This document shows, one piece after another, positions 19,817-29,039 of a stretch of DNA of 47,341 nt. Each line of letters begins with the position of its first letter. Within the stretch, counting starts at the first letter, position 1. This DNA comes from Candidatus Micrarchaeota archaeon. Lineage in GTDB: Archaea > Micrarchaeota > Micrarchaeia > Anstonellales > Bilamarchaeaceae. The stretch spans positions 1 through 47,341 of the forward strand of contig JBDRIM010000054.1 in NCBI GenBank assembly GCA_043816005.1. The letters run 5' to 3'. The notes beneath the pieces are model-generated. The model had not been told where the DNA came from and did no database searches. It saw only the letters and a list, made by a program, of their open reading frames with translations. Both the position numbers and the translations under genes were made by a program.

Positions 19817-20646
19817 GTTACAGCTGCCATTACCATTATTGGAAATTCTAATTTAGCATGATTATCAAAATCAACTCGAAAAACTCTTTTGAAATCAGGC
19901 CATTGTCGGCATGCATATTTTATTTCACGATCCAACTGCTCAATGAATATGGTCGCTTGCTCTTCAGAAACTCCAAACTGATTTTTCCAATCGGTAGTTG
20001 TGACGCTACTTATATCATGATGGACAATTCGTGGATCAAAACCAGCTGAATGTGCGTAAGTTTTCCATTCTGCTAATGTTGGAATATGACAGCTTCCTTC
20101 TATTTCCCTAAGCCGGCCTGCTAACTCCTGCTTTGCTGCATGAATATGATTAACGGCCATCTGAGTATCTGCTGTTGCAACCATATCAGCAACAATTAGT
20201 TTTCCACCAGGTTTGATTACCCTAGCAATTTGATTAAATGCTACTTGCTGATCGCACTGTTGAAGATCTTTGATCCCATACCTTACAACAACAAGATCAA
20301 AAAATAAACCAGGTGGAACAATTGCACTAAGTTCTCTTACATCTCCAACAAGTCTTCTTTCAGGGAGATCAGTTGCAGTAACTAAAGGAAATTCACGTTT
20401 ATCATTATAGTAAAGTGCCACAGTTTTACTGCATCTGGCTGCATACTCTTCTATTATTTGACCAACTTTTCCAGGTCCTGACATAAGATCAAGAACCATT
20501 ACTGGTTCGTGTGTGAGAAATCTGCTAAGGCCAATTGCTCTTTTCAATGCTCTAGAGAATGGAGTTCTAGAATCGTAGCTAGTAATGTCTCTTCTGAATT
20601 CTTCTCTTGTTTGTCCTGCTGTTCCCCTATATCCGCCAGTGCTCAT
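19813..20646 (-). CDS. Class I SAM-dependent methyltransferase
   Basis: VLDLMSGPG motif I, GDV, FDLVV, RVIKPGGKLIVAD. Confidence 0.85.
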   Translation of the reverse strand: MSTGGYRGTAGQTREEFRRDITSYDSRTPFSRALKRAIGLSRFLTHEPVMVLDLMSGPGKVGQIIEEYAARCSKTVALYYNDKREFPLVTATDLPERRLVGDVRELSAIVPPGLFFDLVVVRYGIKDLQQCDQQVAFNQIARVIKPGGKLIVADMVATADTQMAVNHIHAAKQELAGRLREIEGSCHIPTLAEWKTYAHSAGFDPRIVHHDISSVTTTDWKNQFGVSEEQATIFIEQLDREIKYACRQWPDFKRVFRVDFDNHAKLEFPIMVMAAVT

Positions 20647-20759
20647 ATTATCAATTAGATTTTAAGTCATAAAAAGTAGGTGTTATAGAGTATGAGTATA
20701 TGTTTAAAAAATCACAATGGCCCATCATAGTTTAAAAATTATAATTGAATAGTAGAAAC

Positions 20760-23198
20760 ATGTGTAACTTATATCTCGAAGGCACAAGAGCCATTGTAGA
20801 TTTGGCAAAGTGTCCATACGAATTTGCTTCTCCAGAATTTCTTAATCTCCATTTGAAAGATCTGTCAACAACAGAAGCTCCAATAAAAACCATAAGATAC
20901 GAAGAAGAAATAGTTGTTGAATTAGACGAAGAAAAGTCCCTTATTCTTACTCAATATGCTTCGTTTATCCGTCAGCTTGAAACAATTCTTCTGAAGAATG
21001 ATATTTATGGTATGGGTCAAGATCCTGCAAGTGACAAACGTAGAGTAGTATTGAAGAGATTTTACGAATATGTTTTTCTTAATCCCCTTATGGCAGCCCA
21101 GGAGCTACGAGATTTCAATGAGGGAGAACCTGAAAAAGCAATGTTTGTCAAAGGGTATCAAACATTCAAAAGCTGGGTTGCTGGAATTCTAAAAAGTTAT
21201 GAATCAACCAAATTATACATTTTAGTAAAGAAAACAGGTGACTTTCGTGCTGCCTTCTTGGAATTAGTTGGATTAAAAACCCTTTATTTTGTACCGTCCC
21301 TTGTTCTGGGAATACCAAAAGAAGCTGTTCCATTGAAAGGTCCGGAAGCAAAATATAGTTTGCCATATGGTATCGAAGTGCAGATATATGAGATACCAGG
21401 TGCTGAAGCCTACCTTTATGTTCAAGAAAATAAAATTATTGAAGAGTTACCACAGGAACTTAACAAACTTTTGAAAACTACCATCAATGAGCAATTCAAG
21501 GAAAGTTTTTCTAATGTTGATTGGGACATTTTAATGAACATTAAAACAAGAGAATATAGACAATTTTTCATAGACAGAGCAGTTATTGATGGAATACCAA
21601 TTACACCTCACCAAGCGATGGCTATGGGACATGAGTGTGCTGCATGGGTTGTTGGACTTGGAGCACATATCGAAAATCTATCTCTTGACAAAGAGAATAT
21701 CACTGATATTTACATTGATAGTGAAAATTCGCCCCTTTATGTTGAGCATGCAAAGTATGGACTTTGTCACACACTTTACAGATATAATCGAGATCTTTTA
21801 GAAAGATCATTCAAAAACATAGTTCATGTACTTAAAGGAACAAGAAAATTCGATGATAGCAATCCAATAGTTGATGTTGTTCTGAAAAGACTCTCGATGA
21901 GATGCCACTTGCAAAGGCCGCCAGCAACTTTTGGTGAGTTACAAGCTGCTTTGAGAATAATGAAAGAAGCTCCATTCACATATGCCCAATATATTAATTT
22001 TAATTCATTCACCCCATTCTTTGCAGGGTACGATGACGTGATGGTCGGTCTTGGGTGTTCAGAAGCAGTGCTTGGACTTAAAGGTGTTGGTAAAACTTGT
22101 TTCACTGCAGCAAAAATAACATCAATAGGTACTAGAAGGAGAGTTATCCCGGTTCAAGATATTGAAGAAATACCAGTTAGAGCATTTAGAAAAAGAGGTT
22201 TTCACATAGGTGCAGCAAGAGTTCAAAGTTCAGATGTTGAAGAATCCAATACAAAAGAACTTGATCTTGTTTCCATGGCCAATGCACTTTTGCGTATGGG
22301 TGATGCTGCCCTTATTATCAACGAAGTTAGATCACGTGTAGCAGTTCAAGGTATAATTAATTTACTTAACACTCAACCAGGTGTATTTTTACTTTATAAT
22401 TTACATGCAGAATCCCTTAGAGATATTCAGGATAGATTAGAACTTGTTTTTGGATTGCCTGCGGCAAGCATGTATGCAACTGACAGATATACCTTCCTTA
22501 AAAAAATAAGATTTGGAAGAAAAGGAAGAATTTATCGTGTGCTTGGTTTTGAATATGAAAGCGACATTGATGAGAAAAAATTCGTAGAGGTGTTTAGATT
22601 CAGAAGAGGGGACAGTATTGAGGGGTGTACATGGGAAGCAAAATTCATCAGAAATCCAGAGGCATCGATGTGGGACTTTGATAAAGTTGATATCAAAAAA
22701 CTTATGAAAACCCTTGACATTGCATTTATTCCACCTGCACTTGGAAGAAGAAGTGAAGAAACGGGTATTTCTCCTGAGCAGTACATCCTGCAAGCATTCT
22801 GGAAAGGAAAAATGTATTATGAAATTTACAAATTAAGTAAGCAACTTGATGACAAACTACTACTTGAACTTGACTTCGTACTCAAAGTAAATACTGCAGC
22901 TGGAAGACTTCTTGTCTCGATGGAACAAGAACAAGGTGATATAGACTTTGGAGATGCATGGGAAAAATGGAAACCTATTTTCAAGGGAATTGTAAAACAG
23001 GAACTTGAGAAAAGAAGATTGGGAGGTATTCCGGAACTTCCTGATGAACCTATACCAGAAGATTCGGAAGTACCAAAAAGCGATATAGAAGATGCTCCGG
23101 ATGAAGAAGACGAACCAGAACCAGAAGAAGATCCGAGAGTAAAAACACTGAGAGAAAAATTAAGAGAAAAAAGACTAGCGTCAAAAAAGAAAAAATAG
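20760..23198 (+). CDS. Type II/IV secretion / pilus ATPase (VirB11/TadA/FlaI-like), divergent
   Basis: ITDIYID, Walker A GLKGVGKT, ALLRMGDAALIINEVR, NLHAES; acidic then basic tail. Confidence 0.8.
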   Translation: MCNLYLEGTRAIVDLAKCPYEFASPEFLNLHLKDLSTTEAPIKTIRYEEEIVVELDEEKSLILTQYASFIRQLETILLKNDIYGMGQDPASDKRRVVLKRFYEYVFLNPLMAAQELRDFNEGEPEKAMFVKGYQTFKSWVAGILKSYESTKLYILVKKTGDFRAAFLELVGLKTLYFVPSLVLGIPKEAVPLKGPEAKYSLPYGIEVQIYEIPGAEAYLYVQENKIIEELPQELNKLLKTTINEQFKESFSNVDWDILMNIKTREYRQFFIDRAVIDGIPITPHQAMAMGHECAAWVVGLGAHIENLSLDKENITDIYIDSENSPLYVEHAKYGLCHTLYRYNRDLLERSFKNIVHVLKGTRKFDDSNPIVDVVLKRLSMRCHLQRPPATFGELQAALRIMKEAPFTYAQYINFNSFTPFFAGYDDVMVGLGCSEAVLGLKGVGKTCFTAAKITSIGTRRRVIPVQDIEEIPVRAFRKRGFHIGAARVQSSDVEESNTKELDLVSMANALLRMGDAALIINEVRSRVAVQGIINLLNTQPGVFLLYNLHAESLRDIQDRLELVFGLPAASMYATDRYTFLKKIRFGRKGRIYRVLGFEYESDIDEKKFVEVFRFRRGDSIEGCTWEAKFIRNPEASMWDFDKVDIKKLMKTLDIAFIPPALGRRSEETGISPEQYILQAFWKGKMYYEIYKLSKQLDDKLLLELDFVLKVNTAAGRLLVSMEQEQGDIDFGDAWEKWKPIFKGIVKQELEKRRLGGIPELPDEPIPEDSEVPKSDIEDAPDEEDEPEPEEDPRVKTLREKLREKRLASKKKK

Positions 23199-23211
23199 AC
23201 TAGTCTGTCAT

Positions 23212-24129
23212 TCATTTTTTGTGTTCTTTTTCATATTCTTCCAATGCCTCTCTAGTTATTTTCCAATTCCGGTTGAATTTTACTGCACCAATCTTTCCAT
23301 TACGAGCCAGAAGACTGAGATATTCTTCGCTATACTTATTCCTGCTGATTTTTGCTGCTTCTGTAAGTGAAAGATATTCTTTTGATTCTGTTCCAAGAGA
23401 ATCCAGATGGATGTCAAGCGACCTTTCAACTGCCTTTGCAACGAAATTTGCAAAATGAATTGTGTCATTATCCATTCTTGCTTGCATTATAGTACGCAAA
23501 TATTTCTTTCTTTCTGCCCGCAGTATTATGATCGGTGGATAGCCATGACGCATAAGATAAAGATTCATGAGAAGTCTTGCTGTCCGTCCGTTTCCGTCAA
23601 TGAACGGGTGGATATCAACGAATTTCTGATGAATCAGTGCTGCAGTTTCAATTGGTTCTCCTCCACGCGTATTCAAAAGTCGATATACTTCCTGCATTAA
23701 GTTCGGAACTTTTATTGCATTTGGAGGTGAATAATCAGTACCGCTAATACGAACTGCAGATCGTCTATAAAATCCTGCATTTTCCTGGTCAATTCGATCA
23801 AGAATAATGGCATGAATATTAAGTACATCAATTTCTTTTACTTCTGGTTTGCTTACCAAAGACTGAATGAAGTCTATGGCCTTGTTGTGGTTTGTGACTT
23901 CAAGATGCTCCTTAAGACTCTTACCACCAACAGTGATACCTTCTTCCAGAACTAATTTCGTCTCGCTGAGGCTAAGAGAATTGCCTTCAATGGCATTTGA
24001 GTTATATGTCATATCAACACGAAATGCTTCCTGTAGTTTGTGGAGTGCACCTTGGTTGAATGGTCGTAATTTACCTAGTGCTTCGCGTTTGCGTAAAATT
24101 CTTTCGTATGTTTTTTCTTCTATTTTCAT
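23212..24129 (-). CDS. Fic-family protein with C-terminal helix-turn-helix
   Basis: TYNSNAIEGN, canonical HPFIDGNGRTAR, C-terminal YLSLTEAAK...YLSLLARNGKIGAVKFNRNW. Confidence 0.92.
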   Translation of the reverse strand: MKIEEKTYERILRKREALGKLRPFNQGALHKLQEAFRVDMTYNSNAIEGNSLSLSETKLVLEEGITVGGKSLKEHLEVTNHNKAIDFIQSLVSKPEVKEIDVLNIHAIILDRIDQENAGFYRRSAVRISGTDYSPPNAIKVPNLMQEVYRLLNTRGGEPIETAALIHQKFVDIHPFIDGNGRTARLLMNLYLMRHGYPPIIILRAERKKYLRTIMQARMDNDTIHFANFVAKAVERSLDIHLDSLGTESKEYLSLTEAAKISRNKYSEEYLSLLARNGKIGAVKFNRNWKITREALEEYEKEHKK

Positions 24130-24140
24130 AATTAAACTAT

Positions 24141-24238
24141 ATATCGGATAGTTTAAAAAACTACTTATCCGATATTAAATGAACAATTAACCCCAGTTAA
24201 ATTATATCGGATAATAAGATATAGGACTTATCCGATAT
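24141..24238. promoter_or_regulatory. Two operator-like inverted repeats ATATCGGATA-N15-TATCCGATAT
   Basis: Arms at 24141/24166 and 24204/24229; the first pair straddles the TATA box of the fic gene. Confidence 0.75.
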
Positions 24239-24343
24239 TGTGTGATGCCTACTCTTATTTAAACATTTGTATTTAAGTTTGCCACTACAAATATTGTTCA
24301 ATATATACAGAAAAAAAAACTGGCATCAAAAAAGAAAAAATAA

Positions 24344-25498
24344 TTATTTTGTTTTCATAAACTTTTCCACTCTGTCCATAGCCTCATTAATCTGATCAGG
24401 GGATCCTAGGAAAACCACTCTGAAATACTTTCCTTTCATTGTTGGTGCAAATCCAGAACCAGGAACAACAACAACACCCTCTTTCAAAAGGCCGTGAACG
24501 AATTCGACATCATTCTTCCATGGACCATCAACTTTTATGAATGCATAAAATGCACCACGTGGTAGTGCTATGCTAAGACCATCAATCTCATTCACTCGCT
24601 TCACTAAAACATCACGCCTTACCTTCAAGTCTGCATTAAACTTGGCGATGTGATCGTGTGGACCTTTTAAAGCAGCAATATATGCTCTTTGCATCTCCCA
24701 GTTTACAGAAAGCCTTTGATTGCATAATCTTTGAGTTGCATCTTTTACCTGACTCCATTGCTCACCATGGAAGGTAATGTAACCAACTCTGGCACCAGGA
24801 TAGATATAATTCTTAGATAGTGAGTTTCCTGAAACAAGCGGAACATCTTTGTGAATCGTACGAAGATTAGTATATCCCCCATCGAAAATAAGTTTTTCGT
24901 AGGCATCATCAGAGATGATTGGTAAATTATGCTCTCCAGCTATATCAACAATACCTTCAAGTGTTTTTCGTGAATATACGGCACCAGTTGGATTGTTTGG
25001 GTTAATAACCAAAATTGCTTTGGTAAATTTGTTTATTGACCTTCTAAGACTATCAAGATCAGGCTCAAAGTTGCTGTCACAATCATAGAATTCTATAGTT
25101 CCATAACTCAAACGTTCCTTTGTTAGATAAAGTGGGTATGTTGGCACTGGTAAAACAAGATTTCTACCTGGATCAATAAGTGCTTGGAATAAAAAATCGA
25201 TTCCTTCGCTTAGGCCAGATGTTATAAAAACATCTTCAGGGGAAGTTTTTTCATAATCTGCAATTGCCTGACGAAGATCAGGATCGCCTTCAGATGGTGC
25301 ATAACCAGAATAATTTTCCTTTAATGCTTCTGATGCAGCGTCAAGAACATGCTGTGGTGGCCTAAAACCAAATGGTGCAGGGTCACCTATATTAAGATAG
25401 ACCATTTTGGTGCCTTGTTTTTCAAGTCGTTTTGCCTCTTGTACAATGTCCCGGATAGGATAGGAAACTAATTCACTTCTCATAGACGGTTCAATCAT
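24344..25498 (-). CDS. PLP-dependent aminotransferase class I/II (alanine aminotransferase-like)
   Basis: YPIRDI, LNIGDP, INPNNPTGAVY, ISDDAY, SLSKNYIYPGARVG, PRGAFY. Confidence 0.9.
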   Translation of the reverse strand: MIEPSMRSELVSYPIRDIVQEAKRLEKQGTKMVYLNIGDPAPFGFRPPQHVLDAASEALKENYSGYAPSEGDPDLRQAIADYEKTSPEDVFITSGLSEGIDFLFQALIDPGRNLVLPVPTYPLYLTKERLSYGTIEFYDCDSNFEPDLDSLRRSINKFTKAILVINPNNPTGAVYSRKTLEGIVDIAGEHNLPIISDDAYEKLIFDGGYTNLRTIHKDVPLVSGNSLSKNYIYPGARVGYITFHGEQWSQVKDATQRLCNQRLSVNWEMQRAYIAALKGPHDHIAKFNADLKVRRDVLVKRVNEIDGLSIALPRGAFYAFIKVDGPWKNDVEFVHGLLKEGVVVVPGSGFAPTMKGKYFRVVFLGSPDQINEAMDRVEKFMKTK

Positions 25499-25600
25499 GT
25501 GAAACCCCCACAATGTTATTTAGTAGTATTTCTACCATTATTAATTACCGAATATGAGCTGGAATGTTTTTATTAGTGTTGATACGTCAGAAGTCGATGG

Positions 25601-25957
25601 CTATCTCGATGCGATGGAAAATGTAACCTGTCTTGGCGAACCAGCTGAGATTACTGTTCTTTTCAGGGTAATTAAAATGACATGATTATCCCCAGAACGG
25701 CAGTTGGTGAATTGAATCCCATCGATAAAAAAACAAAGTCCGGTTTGATCTCCAATTTTAGCCATATCCAATTCAATAATCACACGCTTTGCATCTGCAA
25801 AATCATTAAAATTCCCACGAAGATAAAGAATCCTCCAGACATCATCTGCAAGCTGAAGTTGATAAAGAGAATAATCAATAGGTTTGACCTCTGGTACAAG
25901 TAAAAGAAGTATTGAAATGAAGAATAGTAATGATAAAATTCCCTCAACAGTTTGCAT
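25601..25957 (-). CDS. Small membrane-anchored pilin-like protein
   Basis: MQTVEGILSLLFF hydrophobic N-terminus with Glu near +5; last gene of cluster. Confidence 0.55.
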   Translation of the reverse strand: MQTVEGILSLLFFISILLLLVPEVKPIDYSLYQLQLADDVWRILYLRGNFNDFADAKRVIIELDMAKIGDQTGLCFFIDGIQFTNCRSGDNHVILITLKRTVISAGSPRQVTFSIASR

Positions 25958-25961
25958 TTTT

Positions 25962-26429
25962 TCACCGTCCTTTTTTAGGAAAGACGGATCGAACCCCCTG
26001 CGAACGAAGGGAGTTCAACAAACAAAACCCGCCACAAACAAAAAGTTTTTTTATATCTTTATTACTCCCAACTACAACAAGACGATAGATACAAACAGAA
26101 TAATTTTGCTGGCTAGTAGTACTAATATAGAGATTGTTAAGATCAGTTTTCTGACGAAGATCTTCCACAAACTGTGCATTTAGTTTTTGTTCGTCAATCC
26201 AATTTGAATATCGAATATTGTCTTGGTGAATGGCTGCGCCGCTTTTTACAGTATAATCAGCTATAGATACCAACTTGTTAAAAAAAATTTGATTGTGTGA
26301 AGTTTTAGCATTGGAATTTGACAGAAACGAAATAGACTCTGCAAGAAGAAATAAAATTAACAATATTGGAAGTAAACTTACCATCCCATCAATTGTTATA
26401 AACGCTCTAGATTGGTTCGCTATTGTCAT
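25962..26429 (-). CDS. Pilin-like protein with class III-type signal peptide
   Basis: SRA|FITIDGMVSLLPILLIL; start at 26429 preferred; C-terminus runs through a hairpin element. Confidence 0.6.
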   Translation of the reverse strand: MTIANQSRAFITIDGMVSLLPILLILFLLAESISFLSNSNAKTSHNQIFFNKLVSIADYTVKSGAAIHQDNIRYSNWIDEQKLNAQFVEDLRQKTDLNNLYISTTSQQNYSVCIYRLVVVGSNKDIKKLFVCGGFCLLNSLRSQGVRSVFPKKGR

Positions 26430-26703
26430 ATATAAAAACACCCCCCACCTCGATAATTTTTCCTTCATATTTCATATGAAGTTTATTTTGCTCAATCGTA
26501 AAAAAATCGGAAAATTCTGTTGTTATACCGCAATTAAGTGCAGAATCTACTGCAAGTGCAATTGATTCTGCAGAATTTATTTGTTCAGTATATTTTGCTG
26601 CCGATCTTGCGCTAGAAATTTGAGAGAGTATTGCACTCGTAAATAACATAATCAAGATGAGCGATACCAAAACAACAAACAAAAATTCGCTTGTCAGTGG
26701 CAT
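26407..26703 (-). CDS. Small pilin-like protein
   Basis: MPLTSEFLFVVLVSLILIML N-terminal helix; GGTGA RBS. Confidence 0.55.
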   Translation of the reverse strand: MPLTSEFLFVVLVSLILIMLFTSAILSQISSARSAAKYTEQINSAESIALAVDSALNCGITTEFSDFFTIEQNKLHMKYEGKIIEVGGVFIYDNSEPI

Positions 26704-26816
26704 AAAAAAATCACCATTTTTTTATTATTGAACGGAACGTAATTGTTCGACAAATCGAACAATGTGCGCCTTGAAACAAGTTTCAAGTGCGCGCCGTTCA
26801 ATGGCATGGAATCACC
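26694..26816. repeat. Three-way-junction hairpin insertion duplicating a stop/start overlap
   Basis: tcaRtggcat at 26694 and 26798; stems attgaacgg/ccgttcaat, attgttcga/tcgaacaat, cttgaaac/gtttcaag. Confidence 0.75.
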
Positions 26817-27361
26817 AACCCTTTTGGTAACGTTGAATTAGTTAATAGAAATTTTGAACTTAAGGTTATTTTGCCATCGTTTTCAAAACGAAGATAGTCT
26901 ATTGAGAACCCGTTTTTTGCAAGTTGATTTGGATAGAGAAAAACAGAAATTTGTGGATCATGAATTGTTATATTAAAATCAGGATCGAATTGGTGATTTT
27001 TCAAACTAAATAATTTTATTCTTGCCGAACTAATTGCAGCTGCACGTGCATCTGATTCTCTAAAACACTTTGAACAAAGAAAATCATCGCAGTAATTTGG
27101 GAAATCTCGATCATAAGTACAAAAATGATCCATACAATGCCTACACAAGGAGATTTCATGGGTTAAATCATATTGACTAAAACCGTCATTTGTTCCGTGT
27201 TTCAATGTTTCAATAATTACCTCTTTCACATTCATTGAGATGCCATAAGCCCGCTCAACTGAAATTGCTTTTGAAAGATCTGATTGTAGGCTCACAGATA
27301 ACAAAGTGAAAATTAACAGTAACGAAACAAAGACTAAAATAAACGAGAAATACCCTCTCAT
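26798..27361 (-). CDS. Pilin-like protein with class III-type signal peptide and Cys-rich insert
   Basis: MRG|YFSFILVFVSLLLIF; CRHC...C...C...CSKC. Confidence 0.6.
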   Translation of the reverse strand: MRGYFSFILVFVSLLLIFTLLSVSLQSDLSKAISVERAYGISMNVKEVIIETLKHGTNDGFSQYDLTHEISLCRHCMDHFCTYDRDFPNYCDDFLCSKCFRESDARAAAISSARIKLFSLKNHQFDPDFNITIHDPQISVFLYPNQLAKNGFSIDYLRFENDGKITLSSKFLLTNSTLPKGLVIPCH

Positions 27362-27444
27362 CCATCCCCCCCTAAATTAATTAGCAGGGAAGATTAAAAT
27401 GGTTTTTGTTGGGAATAACAATTATAAAATTAAAAATAAAAAAA

Positions 27445-27627
27445 TTACTTGACCCTGACTGCATAGCCACCAACGACATTGATACCAACGACTTTGGCAA
27501 CTTCTGAACGCTCTGCATCAAGAATAACGATTGTACCGGAATATTTCTCTGAAAGTTCTCCTTGACATTTTGGACAAACTTTGTCCTTTGTGTGAACTAT
27601 ATATCTGCATTGTTTACATGCACTCAT
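27445..27627 (-). CDS. spt4: Transcription elongation factor Spt4 (RpoE2)
   Basis: ACKQC...CPKC zinc ribbon, SEVAK...GGYAVRV; coupled to rpoE1. Confidence 0.93.
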   Translation of the reverse strand: MSACKQCRYIVHTKDKVCPKCQGELSEKYSGTIVILDAERSEVAKVVGINVVGGYAVRVK

Positions 27628-28205
27628 TTCACTTCACCTTTTTTCTCTTTCTTCTTTGGAGGAGCAGCTGCTTTTGCTTCCAACCAATCTGGTCTTCCAA
27701 GTCCATCTGGCCTCATCGTCAGACCAATTTTAGTATCTGATGAAGTGGATTTCAAACTCACTGTTGAAACCTTGACAATAACATCGTCTCCTTTCTTTAT
27801 TACTTTTTTAAGAACCTTGGAGCCAAGTGTCTTTGCCTTTTTATCATAGTAGAATTTTTCTTTATCTATCTGTGAAACATGCAATAAACCTTGGAATGGA
27901 CCGATTGATGCGAATGCACCGAATTCAACGATTTCCTTGATTTCTGCTTTGTAAACTTCATTTACCATTGGATAGAAACAAAGTGCATCATATTCTACTG
28001 AATAATATGCACCGCTATCTCCAGGTATGATTATGCCTTCTGAGATAATTTTAGGATTGTTTACTGAGAGTACAATACCCATATCTTTGTAGATACGACC
28101 TTCATATCGTTCTCTTAAAATTGCCTGGACTGCATCCTCAAGCTCGCTACCAAACATTGCTGGCGGAACTCTAATTCGATCTTCAACTGTTTTGATATAA
28201 TACAT
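27624..28205 (-). CDS. rpoE1: DNA-directed RNA polymerase subunit E' (Rpo7)
   Basis: IRVPP, IIPGDSGAY, EFGAFASIGPFQGLLHVSQI, KIGLTMRPDGLG; start MYYIK at 28205 after GGAGG. Confidence 0.95.
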   Translation of the reverse strand: MYYIKTVEDRIRVPPAMFGSELEDAVQAILRERYEGRIYKDMGIVLSVNNPKIISEGIIIPGDSGAYYSVEYDALCFYPMVNEVYKAEIKEIVEFGAFASIGPFQGLLHVSQIDKEKFYYDKKAKTLGSKVLKKVIKKGDDVIVKVSTVSLKSTSSDTKIGLTMRPDGLGRPDWLEAKAAAPPKKKEKKGEVK

Positions 28206-28303
28206 AATTTGACCTCCGTCATTCGCCCACTCCATGTTGAAATGGGAGAGTCTAGCTCTTTGAGCAATAACTATTGGTATGTGTGGGTTTAAATTTATAC
28301 CTT

Positions 28304-29020
28304 TCAACCCAATTGAGATAAATTATGGCGTAATTCTGCCATTGCTGCATCTCTCAAATCAGAGAATCTTGGATCTAATCTGCCTAACCGCTCAAATAAT
28401 ACTGCCTGTTCCGTTGCAAGATTGATGGGTAGTTCGAGTTTTGTATATTCCTCAGCTTTTAACCTGATAGCAGTGCTAATAGACAATACCACTCGCGTTA
28501 ACCTTTCTGTACGGTCAATCGGAACAGAATCATCTTGGTTGCGTATGTATTGTATGGCGTGGATTCCTGTTAGAACTGCTTCATTGTAGCACCCAGCACG
28601 AACAAATAATTCACTTGCTCGGGTAAAACGATCAGAGATTTCAAGATTAATTTTAGTAAAAGATGATTGGGAAAGAAGTATGGCTGCAATAAACAAATTT
28701 GTTGTTGTTGGTTTTTGTTCAAGTTTAGTTATTTGATCATCAATAAATTCCAAAACATTAGGTTCGTGATTGCACCTAGACACTGCATCTGAGATAAGTA
28801 GGGCAATATGAGAACGAGAAGGATGAATAGTTCTTTCAAACCGCATCAATGCGTCCATAATACTTAATCCACGACGGCCAATCTCCTGAGATTTTTCTAT
28901 TGCATCGTATAGCAGATGAAAACGAATTTTTTTATCAAAGTATGCATGTGCTCTTGGAAAATATCTTGCAAAGACTCCTTTTTGTTGATCTTGTCCAGTT
29001 TGACCTAAAAGTTTTTGCAT
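28304..29020 (-). CDS. Hypothetical helical protein
   Basis: 238-aa ORF, no recognised motif. Confidence 0.65.
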   Translation of the reverse strand: MQKLLGQTGQDQQKGVFARYFPRAHAYFDKKIRFHLLYDAIEKSQEIGRRGLSIMDALMRFERTIHPSRSHIALLISDAVSRCNHEPNVLEFIDDQITKLEQKPTTTNLFIAAILLSQSSFTKINLEISDRFTRASELFVRAGCYNEAVLTGIHAIQYIRNQDDSVPIDRTERLTRVVLSISTAIRLKAEEYTKLELPINLATEQAVLFERLGRLDPRFSDLRDAAMAELRHNLSQLG

Positions 29021-29039
29021 AAAATCAGCTCAATATATT

